A DNA stretch of 47,664 bases from contig LBRC01000001.1 in NCBI GenBank assembly GCA_000991205.1, positions 1-47,664 of the forward strand. The letters run 5' to 3'. Within the stretch, counting starts at the first letter, position 1. Each line of letters begins with the position of its first letter. Both the position numbers and the translations under genes were made by a program. Under the pieces are notes generated by a model that was not told the origin of the DNA, searched no databases, and saw nothing but the letters and a program-made list of their open reading frames with translations. This stretch comes from Parcubacteria group bacterium GW2011_GWA2_36_10. GTDB taxonomy: Bacteria > Patescibacteriota > Patescibacteriia > UBA1558 > GWA2-36-10. Of the stretch, positions 19,705 to 28,280 are shown piece by piece.

Positions 19705-20864
19705 TGAATAAAATTTAAAATATTATTTGCTCTTTTTTGCCAATCATATTGCTGAACTTTTAGATGAGCGCTAAAAGAAATTTTTTCTACTAACCCTTCA
19801 TCACTAACAGCTAATATGATTTTATTTTTTAAATCTTCTAAATCACCCACCCGATAAAACAAACAACTCGTATCATCTAAAATTTGCTTTATGCTAGGTA
19901 GATTTGAAGCTACTATTGGTCTTTGACTAGCCATGTATTCAAACATTTTTAAAGGGGTCATAAAAAATTCATAATGCGCAATTTTAGGAAACGGCATTAA
20001 TAAAACATCACTGGCTTTTTGTAGAATTGCTAAAATATTTTGCTTTTGTTTAGGTAAAAAATAAACTTTATCTTCAATTTCCAAATCTATCGCTATTTTT
20101 TGATAATATTGAATATCTATTTGGTTGCCACCAACTGCCAATAAAATAAAATCTTGACTTAATTTAGACAAAACAGTTATCACCTCTTTTAAACCCTTCT
20201 CATTTCCCATGGTTTTAAAACTACCAGAATAAAAAAGAATTTTTTTATCTAAAATATTATTAATATTAAAAATATTATTTACTTTTAATCTGGCTTGTTT
20301 TTTATCAATTGTTAAATCAAAAATACTTAAATCTACTCCATTTGGAGAAACCAATATTTTGCCAGCTACAAAATTATGTTTTATGAATTGTTCTTTAATA
20401 AAATAATTAGTTACGACAATCTTATCTACAAATTTTAATAGACTAAGATGAAAAAATTTTCCTTTAGCAAACCAATCATGACATTCATATACCGTTTTTC
20501 TATGCTTTAAAATAGCTAAAAAACAAAATAAAGAGCTACGACTATACACAATAGCTTGTTTATCAATTTTGATAAAAATTAGTTTTACAAAAAATAGTAA
20601 ATTTTGTAACAAAAATTGCCAGTAGCGCAAAAAATTAGGCAAAAAAGCTAACTCTGGTGTATGAATAATTTTATGTTTAAAGTTATTTTTTAAATTATAA
20701 AAACTAAAAATATCCTCTGTTATATGATTCTTTCTCTTTGGAGACCATAATTCTACTGCCACACCTAAATTAGCAAACTGTTCACACATTTTACTTGATT
20801 GATAACCATAAGCCTTTTCTGTGGGCATACGAGAATCTAAGATATAAATTAGTTTACTAATCAT
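19701..20864 (-). CDS. GT4-like (group 1) glycosyltransferase
   Basis: 387 aa. LLAVGGNQ..., LLMPFPKIAHYEFFMTPLKMFEYMASQRPIVASNLPSIKQIL (degenerate EX7E region). Confidence 0.7.
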   Translation of the reverse strand: MISKLIYILDSRMPTEKAYGYQSSKMCEQFANLGVAVELWSPKRKNHITEDIFSFYNLKNNFKHKIIHTPELAFLPNFLRYWQFLLQNLLFFVKLIFIKIDKQAIVYSRSSLFCFLAILKHRKTVYECHDWFAKGKFFHLSLLKFVDKIVVTNYFIKEQFIKHNFVAGKILVSPNGVDLSIFDLTIDKKQARLKVNNIFNINNILDKKILFYSGSFKTMGNEKGLKEVITVLSKLSQDFILLAVGGNQIDIQYYQKIAIDLEIEDKVYFLPKQKQNILAILQKASDVLLMPFPKIAHYEFFMTPLKMFEYMASQRPIVASNLPSIKQILDDTSCLFYRVGDLEDLKNKIILAVSDEGLVEKISFSAHLKVQQYDWQKRANNILNFIQ

Positions 20865-20866
20865 AA

Positions 20867-21484
20867 TTAATGAAACAAAAAATTAATTTCATTCAAAACT
20901 TGTTCTACACTTTTATCATTTGTAATGATAAAAAATTGCACTTTAGTATTAGCTAAATTTTCTAAAAAAACTAAATTATTTGCTTGACTAGCTTTTAACC
21001 AAATGTCTTTTATCTTTTCATCTTGAAATTGACGAAGACCATGTCCCCTATTTAATAATCTTTTTTGCCTTTCTTGATCATCTACTTGAAAAATAAATAA
21101 TTTGTCAGGTAAAACAATATTTGCTAAATATTTTTGAATAATTTCCCAATCTACTTGCTGTTCAAACAAAGAAATAATATTCTGAAAATAACCCTGATCT
21201 ATTAAGGCGTATTGATATTTCAAAACTTTTTGATATTTTGCATTGCAATGCAAAAATAAATTCATTAATTTATAATAAAATATCTGCCAATTATTTGAAT
21301 TACGAAAAATATAAAATAATAATTTAAAAAATTTAAAAGGACTTTTTAAAAAAAATAAAAAATTATACCACAAAAGTTCTATTTTGCTATTAATTTTTAT
21401 TCTCTTAAATTTTCCCTGACTTTCTATGGCTCTAGCTATAGTACTTTTGCCAGTACCTGGTAAGCCGTACAATTCTACAATCAT
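20867..21484 (-). CDS. P-loop NTPase, small kinase-like protein of unknown substrate
   Basis: 205 aa. Walker A at the extreme N-terminus (LYGLPGTGKSTIARAI), similar in size and layout to nucleoside/sugar kinases. No further motif recognised. Confidence 0.5.
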   Translation of the reverse strand: MIVELYGLPGTGKSTIARAIESQGKFKRIKINSKIELLWYNFLFFLKSPFKFFKLLFYIFRNSNNWQIFYYKLMNLFLHCNAKYQKVLKYQYALIDQGYFQNIISLFEQQVDWEIIQKYLANIVLPDKLFIFQVDDQERQKRLLNRGHGLRQFQDEKIKDIWLKASQANNLVFLENLANTKVQFFIITNDKSVEQVLNEINFLFH

Positions 21485-22212
21485 TGTTTTTTAAATTTTA
21501 CTATATATGCTTCTGTGAATAATTGACTGATAATATTTAATTGAAAATTACTAAATAAATTAAAAATTAAATTGTTTATAAACACCGATTTAAAAATAGG
21601 GAAAGTCATCACAGCTGGATAAAACTCAATATTCACAAAACCAATTTTGACTAAAAGTTTTCTTAAATCTTTTGGCCTAATTTGCTGACGATGCATGATG
21701 GGAATTTTTTTACCTAAAATATGATAACGCCAATATTGAGGATTTTTAGTTATAATAAAACCATATTTATCGTGATTTAATAAACTAAAAATTTTAGTAA
21801 GCACTGGAGTTTTTTTAGGAAAATACTCTAAGACTCTAGAAGAAAAAAATAAATCATATGTTTTATCAGTTTGCCAAGCTAAAAAATCACTTTCAAAATA
21901 AGAAAATTTTTCTTCACCAAAAACTTTTTTAGACAAATCTAACATTTCTTTAGAAATATCAACTAAATCAAAATTTGCCCCACAAAACTTAGCTTGCAAC
22001 ATCTTGGTCCAAGTGCCCGCACCAGGACCAAGTTCTAAAATATTATTAATTGCTGGCTCAATTTGTAAAACATGTTTTTTGATAATTAACAACATCATTT
22101 GAAAACCAGCTTGCAATAAAGGTGTGGCAAACCAACGATTATACTCATAATCATTTTTATATTTATCAATTACAATTTTATTATAAATTTTTTTAATACC
22201 TTGTTGATCCAT
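21481..22212 (-). CDS. class I SAM-dependent methyltransferase
   Basis: 243 aa. ILELGPGAGTWT motif I, YDLFFSSRVLEYF. Confidence 0.75.
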   Translation of the reverse strand: MDQQGIKKIYNKIVIDKYKNDYEYNRWFATPLLQAGFQMMLLIIKKHVLQIEPAINNILELGPGAGTWTKMLQAKFCGANFDLVDISKEMLDLSKKVFGEEKFSYFESDFLAWQTDKTYDLFFSSRVLEYFPKKTPVLTKIFSLLNHDKYGFIITKNPQYWRYHILGKKIPIMHRQQIRPKDLRKLLVKIGFVNIEFYPAVMTFPIFKSVFINNLIFNLFSNFQLNIISQLFTEAYIVKFKKQ

Positions 22213-22217
22213 AAATA

Positions 22218-23315
22218 TTAATTAAATAATCCGATAAAAATTTCTTTGACTTTCAAAATATCAAATTTTTTCACATGCTGATAATTCAATTCTGCTAAAT
22301 TAGCTCTTAAGCTCTCTTGTTCTAATAAAACTCTAAGTTTTTCAATCATCATTGGTGCATTCTTTAAGGGGACAATATATTTCTGCTGCGCTAAAGAGCT
22401 AATTTCTTTAACTCCTCCAATATCAAAAGCAACGTAAGGCAAACAGGAAGCCATTGCTTCTAATAAAACCCGCGGGGATCCCTCTTCCTCTGAGGGCATA
22501 AAAAATAATTTGGCTATTTTCATAATGGCCGGAACATCTTTATTTGGCACCTTACCTAATAATATTACGTTACTCAAATTTTGAATTTCTTTTACCAGAG
22601 TATCTTTATATGGCCCATCACCAACTATTAAAAATTTAACGTTTTTTCTATCCACAAAAGCACTGGCTATTTTTGCTATATAATGCGCCCCTTTTCGCTC
22701 CGCTAAACGGTGAACAAATAAAACATACTCTTTGTCTATCTCTAAATTATATTTTTGATAAATATTATCTAAATTAAAATTACCAAATCTTTGTAAGTCG
22801 ACCCAATTTGGCATAATTTTTATTTTACTGGTTGCTAAATTATATTGTGTGCTATACCCATCTGCCACAGATTTGGCACCAGTAACTAAATAAGAAACAA
22901 TATGCAAAATCAATTTTAACGATCTTTTTTTTCCAAATAGCCACATCATACCACAACTCCAATAAAATGCTCTAGCTAGACTAATTTTGGCTACCAAGCC
23001 AGCATTAAAAGCAGAAATATAAGAATAATGCACATAAAAATTTTTATAGCCTCTTAATCTAATTTTTAAAATTAAATAAAAATTTTCCAACCATCTTAAA
23101 AAACCATAATGAAATTTTTGTACATACACATTTGAGACTTCTTTAAAAAAATCAACATTAGACCTTTTATCTTCAATTAACAATACTAAATCTGCATCTT
23201 TTGCTACTTGATTAATAAAATCATACAAATAAAAATAATGAGTATCCGTTTCAAGGTCAAACTTGGGCAAAACATAACAAATTTTTGGTTTAATTATTTG
23301 CATAATAATTTCCAA
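22218..23315 (-). CDS. GT4 (group 1) glycosyltransferase
   Basis: 365 aa. FLIVGDGP..., FFMPSEEEGSPRVLLEAMASCLPYVAFDIGG. The start is probably the Met at residue 5. Confidence 0.8.
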   Translation of the reverse strand: MEIIMQIIKPKICYVLPKFDLETDTHYFYLYDFINQVAKDADLVLLIEDKRSNVDFFKEVSNVYVQKFHYGFLRWLENFYLILKIRLRGYKNFYVHYSYISAFNAGLVAKISLARAFYWSCGMMWLFGKKRSLKLILHIVSYLVTGAKSVADGYSTQYNLATSKIKIMPNWVDLQRFGNFNLDNIYQKYNLEIDKEYVLFVHRLAERKGAHYIAKIASAFVDRKNVKFLIVGDGPYKDTLVKEIQNLSNVILLGKVPNKDVPAIMKIAKLFFMPSEEEGSPRVLLEAMASCLPYVAFDIGGVKEISSLAQQKYIVPLKNAPMMIEKLRVLLEQESLRANLAELNYQHVKKFDILKVKEIFIGLFN

Positions 23316-24358
23316 TTATCTATTACTTTATTTATTAACTCTTCTTTAGCCAAAATCTTATCCTTAAATTTATTAGCATTATTTCTAAATTTAGCTACCA
23401 AATCATCATCACTAATCACTGTTGACATTTTTTCTGTTAAAAGCTCTAAATTATTTACCGGGATAACAAAACCGTTAATATTATCCTCTACTAAGTCACC
23501 AGCTACGCCCACGTCGGTCATAATAACTGGTAAATCCGCCAAAATAGCTTCCGCTATCACCATAGCATAACCCTCGCTATTAGAAGTAAGCAAGAAACAA
23601 TCTGCTTGCTGATAAAATTCTAAAAGCTTATCCGACCAGTCAATAAAACTCACTCTTTTTTCTAAATTTAATTTTTTAACTAAACTCTTTAAATTGTCTA
23701 ACTCCACGCCTGAACCAACAATTATTAATCTGCAGTCTTCTTTTATAGCTGCTAAAGCTTTTATCTGTAAAGCAATATTTTTTACTGCCACTAGACGACC
23801 AGCTGTCAAAAAAGTAAATATTTCCGATTTATTATTTGCTAAATTTAAATTTTGAAATTTATTTTTATCTACAGCCACTGGAGCAATATATATTGTATTT
23901 TCTGCAACCTTAAAATTATTTACTAATTCTTTTTTGAGTCTAAGGCTGACCACTCTGACTAAATCCGCTTTTTTGATATTATATTTAAATAAGCTTTTTC
24001 TTAAAAAATTAAACTTTTCAAAACCATGAACTTGAATTTCTACTTTAAAGTTATCTTTTTTTTGCAAAAACCAAGTTATAAGTGGCAAAAAATAAATATC
24101 TTGAATTGTTATTAAATCAAATTGCTCTGCTTTTAAAGTTTGTTTTAAAAAAAAATATAATTTAAAAAAAGATAAGATTTTATTGCCAGCATTTGGTGTC
24201 AAAACTAAATATTTATCTAATTTTTGTTCATACAAAAAAGCACGCTGTGCTACAGCAGAATTTTTATCTAAAATATTTTTATCTAGACTTAAATTAATGA
24301 CTTTCATTTTGTAAAATTTGCAAAGTATCTTGCGTGGCCTGACTATAATCATAGTCAT
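23294..24358 (-). CDS. GT4 (group 1) glycosyltransferase
   Basis: 354 aa. LIIVGSG..., FLLTSNSEGYAMVIAEAILADLPVIMTDVG. The likely true start is MKVINLSL (about 24307). Confidence 0.8.
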   Translation of the reverse strand: MTMIIVRPRKILCKFYKMKVINLSLDKNILDKNSAVAQRAFLYEQKLDKYLVLTPNAGNKILSFFKLYFFLKQTLKAEQFDLITIQDIYFLPLITWFLQKKDNFKVEIQVHGFEKFNFLRKSLFKYNIKKADLVRVVSLRLKKELVNNFKVAENTIYIAPVAVDKNKFQNLNLANNKSEIFTFLTAGRLVAVKNIALQIKALAAIKEDCRLIIVGSGVELDNLKSLVKKLNLEKRVSFIDWSDKLLEFYQQADCFLLTSNSEGYAMVIAEAILADLPVIMTDVGVAGDLVEDNINGFVIPVNNLELLTEKMSTVISDDDLVAKFRNNANKFKDKILAKEELINKVIDNWKLLCK

Positions 24359-25322
24359 AACTAATCTTGGCTAGCTTTTGTTTATACTCATAATAAAAAT
24401 CTTGTTTGCTTAAATTATTTAAAATATTTACTAACTCGCCAATATTTTTAGGATCAAACATTAAGGCTTTATTTTTGAGCCAATCAAAACCAATTTCTTT
24501 AGTGCAAATAAACGGCAAGCCTAAACGTAGACTTTCTAAAACACCGTTTGGGCTGATATCAGTCAAGCTGGGATAAACAGCGAGATAAGCAGCACTTAAT
24601 TTTTGGTAAAGTGCATTTCGAGACATCAGATCAGAAAAAATAACATTTTTTAGTTTTAATTTATTTGCTTCAGCTTGAAGTTTTGATTTTTCTGGACCAT
24701 CACCAATGATGTGTAAAGTAAAAGAATTATCTTGCATTTTAGCAAAAGCCTGTACTAAAAATATTAAATTATTTTTTTTATTTATTCGGCCATGAAAAAT
24801 AATTTCTTTGTTAGTGTTTTTATGGATGCTAGCTGAAATATCTTTATTTACAGGATTATTAATAATTTTTAACTTGTCTTGAGGCAAATCATAATACTTA
24901 GCAAAAATATCTTGCTGAAATAACAGAGTAACTAATTTATTAGTTCTTTCTAAATATCTTTCCCAAATAAAATCTCCGCCCACTCTGATAAAAAATGGTA
25001 TTTTGTTATTTTTGATAGCCAAAAATACTGGATAACCAGCACTAAAATGATCAAAAGCATAAATACAATCAAAATTTTCAGTATTTAACAGTTGTTTTGT
25101 TTTTTGATAATAATGATAATAATTTAATATTTTATTACTTCTTACTACACGCACAACGGGAAAACCTAAGGTTTTATCTAAATCATAAACAGCTTGGTCA
25201 GAATAAGTCAGAACCGTCACTTGATGCTGAAGTTTTAATAAAGCTTGAGCAAAATTTAAAATATAGGTAGGTGGACCACCTGCTTCTGGCAAAAATATTC
25301 CTGTTGTAATTAATATTTTCAC
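24294..25322 (-). CDS. GT4-like (group 1) glycosyltransferase
   Basis: 342 aa. MKILITTGIFLPEAGGPPTY, LHIIGDGPEK, YPSLTDISPNGVLESLRLGLPFICT. Confidence 0.7.
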   Translation of the reverse strand: MKILITTGIFLPEAGGPPTYILNFAQALLKLQHQVTVLTYSDQAVYDLDKTLGFPVVRVVRSNKILNYYHYYQKTKQLLNTENFDCIYAFDHFSAGYPVFLAIKNNKIPFFIRVGGDFIWERYLERTNKLVTLLFQQDIFAKYYDLPQDKLKIINNPVNKDISASIHKNTNKEIIFHGRINKKNNLIFLVQAFAKMQDNSFTLHIIGDGPEKSKLQAEANKLKLKNVIFSDLMSRNALYQKLSAAYLAVYPSLTDISPNGVLESLRLGLPFICTKEIGFDWLKNKALMFDPKNIGELVNILNNLSKQDFYYEYKQKLAKISYDYDYSQATQDTLQILQNESH

Positions 25323-25328
25323 TTTAAA

Positions 25329-26474
25329 TTAATTTAACATCTTATTAAAGATTACCCGCATCTGCGTAGCGATTTTATCCCAGCTATATTTTTCTTGCAC
25401 CAGATTTTTTCCGTTAATTTTTATTTTCTGGAAAAGCTCATGATCTTGGCTGTATCTTTCTACAGCTTTGGCGATAGAGCTGGGATTCTTGACTTCACAA
25501 AATAAACCAGTTTCATTATTTACTAAAAAATCTGGAATACCACCGACTTCTGTGCCAATCACCGGTACGCCGACAGCCATACTTTCTAAAAAAGCATTGC
25601 CTAAACCCTCTGACAAAGATGGTCGGATAAAAACATCAGCTATTTGCAAATACCTTGGTAATTCTGTGTAATCTTTATGTCCTAAAAAAATAACATTATC
25701 TGCCACTCCTTGATTTAAGCTCAAATTTTTTAAAGCCTGCTCGTCTGGTCCGGAGCCTATCAATATCAATTTTACTTTGAGCCCAGATTTATATAGCAAA
25801 AAATTCAGAGCTTTAATCACATCATCAATCGCATTTTTCAAGACTAAACGTGAGACAGAAATCAAAACAAAATCATCATCAGCAATGTTGAATGATTTTT
25901 TTAAAGCTAATTTTTCTTTAGCGCTTACATTAGCTTGAAATAAGCTTAAATCTACTCCATTTGGTACTAAAATAATTTCACCGCGATTACCGGCCTTACG
26001 TGATCTTTTGGCTAAATATTGGCTAATAGCTTGGGTAATTTTAGCATTACGATAAACTCTTTGGTAATAAAATTTCCACCACCAGGTTCTTTTTTGGATA
26101 AATTCATCGCTATCTCCGGATTGTAAAGTCAATAAATAAGGAATTTTACTAAAATATTTAAAAAATAAGGCCGTCACTCCAGCATAAAAAGCCATGATAC
26201 TCCAAACAAAATCAAAATGCACTACTTTATGTAAACGCCACGCATAACGAAAAGCACGAAAAGGATATAAATATTTATCCCATTTTTTGCCTGCTCCCAC
26301 TCGCCTGACATTAATATGCCCTATTTTTTCTTCGTCTGGCCAAGCTGAATCAAATTTATTAGTAATCAAATAATACTCAAAATCAAGATTACGATCAGTA
26401 ATCTCTTTGACTGCTATCTCCGCACCACCGACAAAGGGGTGGTAAGCAATGGAAAAAATAAGAATTTTTGGCAT
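25329..26474 (-). CDS. GT4 (group 1) glycosyltransferase
   Basis: 381 aa. PFVGGAEIAVKEI, LILIGSGPDE, FIRPSLSEGLGNAFLESMAVGVPVIGTEVGGIPDF. Confidence 0.9.
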   Translation of the reverse strand: MPKILIFSIAYHPFVGGAEIAVKEITDRNLDFEYYLITNKFDSAWPDEEKIGHINVRRVGAGKKWDKYLYPFRAFRYAWRLHKVVHFDFVWSIMAFYAGVTALFFKYFSKIPYLLTLQSGDSDEFIQKRTWWWKFYYQRVYRNAKITQAISQYLAKRSRKAGNRGEIILVPNGVDLSLFQANVSAKEKLALKKSFNIADDDFVLISVSRLVLKNAIDDVIKALNFLLYKSGLKVKLILIGSGPDEQALKNLSLNQGVADNVIFLGHKDYTELPRYLQIADVFIRPSLSEGLGNAFLESMAVGVPVIGTEVGGIPDFLVNNETGLFCEVKNPSSIAKAVERYSQDHELFQKIKINGKNLVQEKYSWDKIATQMRVIFNKMLN

Positions 26475-26485
26475 GAAAAATAAAA

Positions 26486-26776
26486 CTATAAATTTTTATA
26501 CATATCGTGTTTACCAATGGATACAAAAAAAATATCGCCGTTCTCTTGTCGTTCAAAAACTACTCTATAATTTTCTGTAATAGTTATGGACCAGAGCTCT
26601 TTTAAATGACCGTGCAATTCATGTAATCTTAAAGAAGGGTGTAGTGGATTAGCTTTAAATAATTCAATCTTTTTATTAGCTAATTGAATAATCTCTGTTG
26701 GCAATTTTTGTGATCTTTTTAAAAAATTTTTAGAAAACAAAACTCTATTTATCACCATACTTTTGCAATAAATCAA
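26486..26776 (-). CDS. type II toxin, RelE/ParE superfamily (YoeB/YafQ-like mRNA interferase)
   Basis: 96 aa (probably ~90 from an internal Met). HPSLRLHELHGHLKELWSITITENYRVVFERQENGDIFFVSIGKHDMY fits the RelE-fold pattern. Overlaps a small upstream antitoxin-like ORF. Confidence 0.7.
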   Translation of the reverse strand: MIYCKSMVINRVLFSKNFLKRSQKLPTEIIQLANKKIELFKANPLHPSLRLHELHGHLKELWSITITENYRVVFERQENGDIFFVSIGKHDMYKNL

Positions 26777-26990
26777 TCAGAGAATCTGCCTCAAAATACT
26801 CACCTCTCTTATATTCTTCTTGTGCCTGTTTAACATCGGCTAATAATTCTTCAACAGAAATCAAATCATCATCAAGCTCTGTCAAATATTGCACATAACC
26901 ACTAACACTAGCAAAACCTTTTAATTTTGCTTTGTTTTTAATAGTTTGCACTATTTCTGGTTGTAAAGATAAGCTTAAAACTTCACGCAT
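26745..26990 (-). CDS. type II antitoxin (probable ribbon-helix-helix N-terminus, acidic C-terminal tail)
   Basis: 81 aa. The N-terminal strand-helix-helix pattern is VLSLSLQPEIVQTIKNKAKLKGFASVSGYVQYL, followed by an acidic C-terminal half. Sits directly upstream of and overlapping the toxin ORF, with a palindromic operator just upstream. Confidence 0.55.
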   Translation of the reverse strand: MREVLSLSLQPEIVQTIKNKAKLKGFASVSGYVQYLTELDDDLISVEELLADVKQAQEEYKRGEYFEADSLIDLLQKYGDK

Positions 26991-27021
26991 AATATTTACT
27001 TAATTATTATATATAGTTTCA

Positions 27022-27043
27022 GTGTAATACAAATGTATTACAC
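27022..27043. promoter_or_regulatory. perfect 10-bp inverted repeat (GTGTAATACA aa TGTATTACAC), candidate antitoxin operator in a divergent promoter region
   Basis: Read directly at 27022-27031 and 27034-27043. It abuts CTTGTCAAG, which reads TTGTCA on + and TTGACA on -. The region lies between the antitoxin start (26990) and the plus-strand GT4 start (27108). Confidence 0.5.
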
Positions 27044-27107
27044 TTGTCAAGCACCTCTAAATACTATAAAATTATAATGAAATTAGTGCAAAATAGCAAC
27101 AAAATAT

Positions 27108-28280
27108 ATGAAAAAACTAGAAAATAAGAAAATATTATACTTAGTCACTCAAACTAAGTGGGGTGGAGCACAAAAATATGTGCTAGAATTAGCTGAATAT
27201 TTTAGCCAAAATAACGAGGTTCACATTGCTTTTGGTGAAATTAATGAGCAAAATCAAGAGTTTTTGGCTCAATGCCAAAAAATAGGTGTCAAAACTATCC
27301 CGATCAAAAACTTAGTCCGCAATATCCAGCCCAGCAAAGAAATAAACGCCTTTCTAGAGCTCAAAAAGCTACTAGATAGTGGCAAATACCATTTAGCTCA
27401 TCTAAACAGCTCTAAGGCTGGTTTAATAGGCTCTATTGCTGCTAGTATACACAATCTGAACCCACTAAATACGCGCTTGAGGCTGATTTATACCGCTCAC
27501 GGTTTTGTCTTTAATGAGCCATTAAATAAAATAGAAAAAACCATCTATAAGATGTCCGAGAAATTTTCTACCGCTGTGGAAAATGCAATCATCACTGTCT
27601 CTGACTATGATAAACAAAGTGCTATAGAACACAAGATCTGTCCTGCTCACAAAATGTTTACTATTCATAATGGCTTAGATTTTAATAAATATAATTTTTT
27701 ATCAGCCGAAGACGCTAAAAAAGAATTAAATTTAGACGAAAATAAAACTTACTTCGGCACAATCGCTAGTTTTTACAAAACTAAAGGCCATACTTATTTG
27801 CTAGAAGCGATAAAAATATTTCTAGAAACTCAAAACAGAGAGGCTTATCACTGGATTTTAATCGGTGATGGTCCAGAACAAAAAAACATTGAAGAGTTAA
27901 TCAAGAAATATAATTTAGAAAAATATATTACAATTATTTCTCCTAAAAATAACGACTGGAAATATTTAAAAGCTTTTGATTATTTTATCCTGCCCTCGGT
28001 CAAAGAAGGCTTGCCATATACTCTCTTAGAAGCAGGCCTTGCCAAAATACCAGTGATTGCGACTCAAGTTGGCGGTGTGCCAGAAATTATCACCGATCAT
28101 CAAACCGGCCTCTTAGTGACACCGGCTAATCCTCTATCTTTAGCAAATGCTATGAAAGAAATAACTGAAACAGAGCTAGTAAATAATTTTATCGAAAATA
28201 ATTATCAAAATATTATAGACAATTTTGATCTAAATCAAACTATCCAAAAAACTGAAGAGTTATATTTAAAATTATTCTAA
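27108..28280 (+). CDS. GT4 (group 1) glycosyltransferase
   Basis: 390 aa. KWGGAQKYVLELA, ILIGDGPEQ, FILPSVKEGLPYTLLEAGLAKIPVIATQVGGVPEII. It is one of only three plus-strand genes in the window. Its 3' end overlaps the convergent ORF by 9 nt. Confidence 0.9.
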   Translation: MKKLENKKILYLVTQTKWGGAQKYVLELAEYFSQNNEVHIAFGEINEQNQEFLAQCQKIGVKTIPIKNLVRNIQPSKEINAFLELKKLLDSGKYHLAHLNSSKAGLIGSIAASIHNLNPLNTRLRLIYTAHGFVFNEPLNKIEKTIYKMSEKFSTAVENAIITVSDYDKQSAIEHKICPAHKMFTIHNGLDFNKYNFLSAEDAKKELNLDENKTYFGTIASFYKTKGHTYLLEAIKIFLETQNREAYHWILIGDGPEQKNIEELIKKYNLEKYITIISPKNNDWKYLKAFDYFILPSVKEGLPYTLLEAGLAKIPVIATQVGGVPEIITDHQTGLLVTPANPLSLANAMKEITETELVNNFIENNYQNIIDNFDLNQTIQKTEELYLKLF

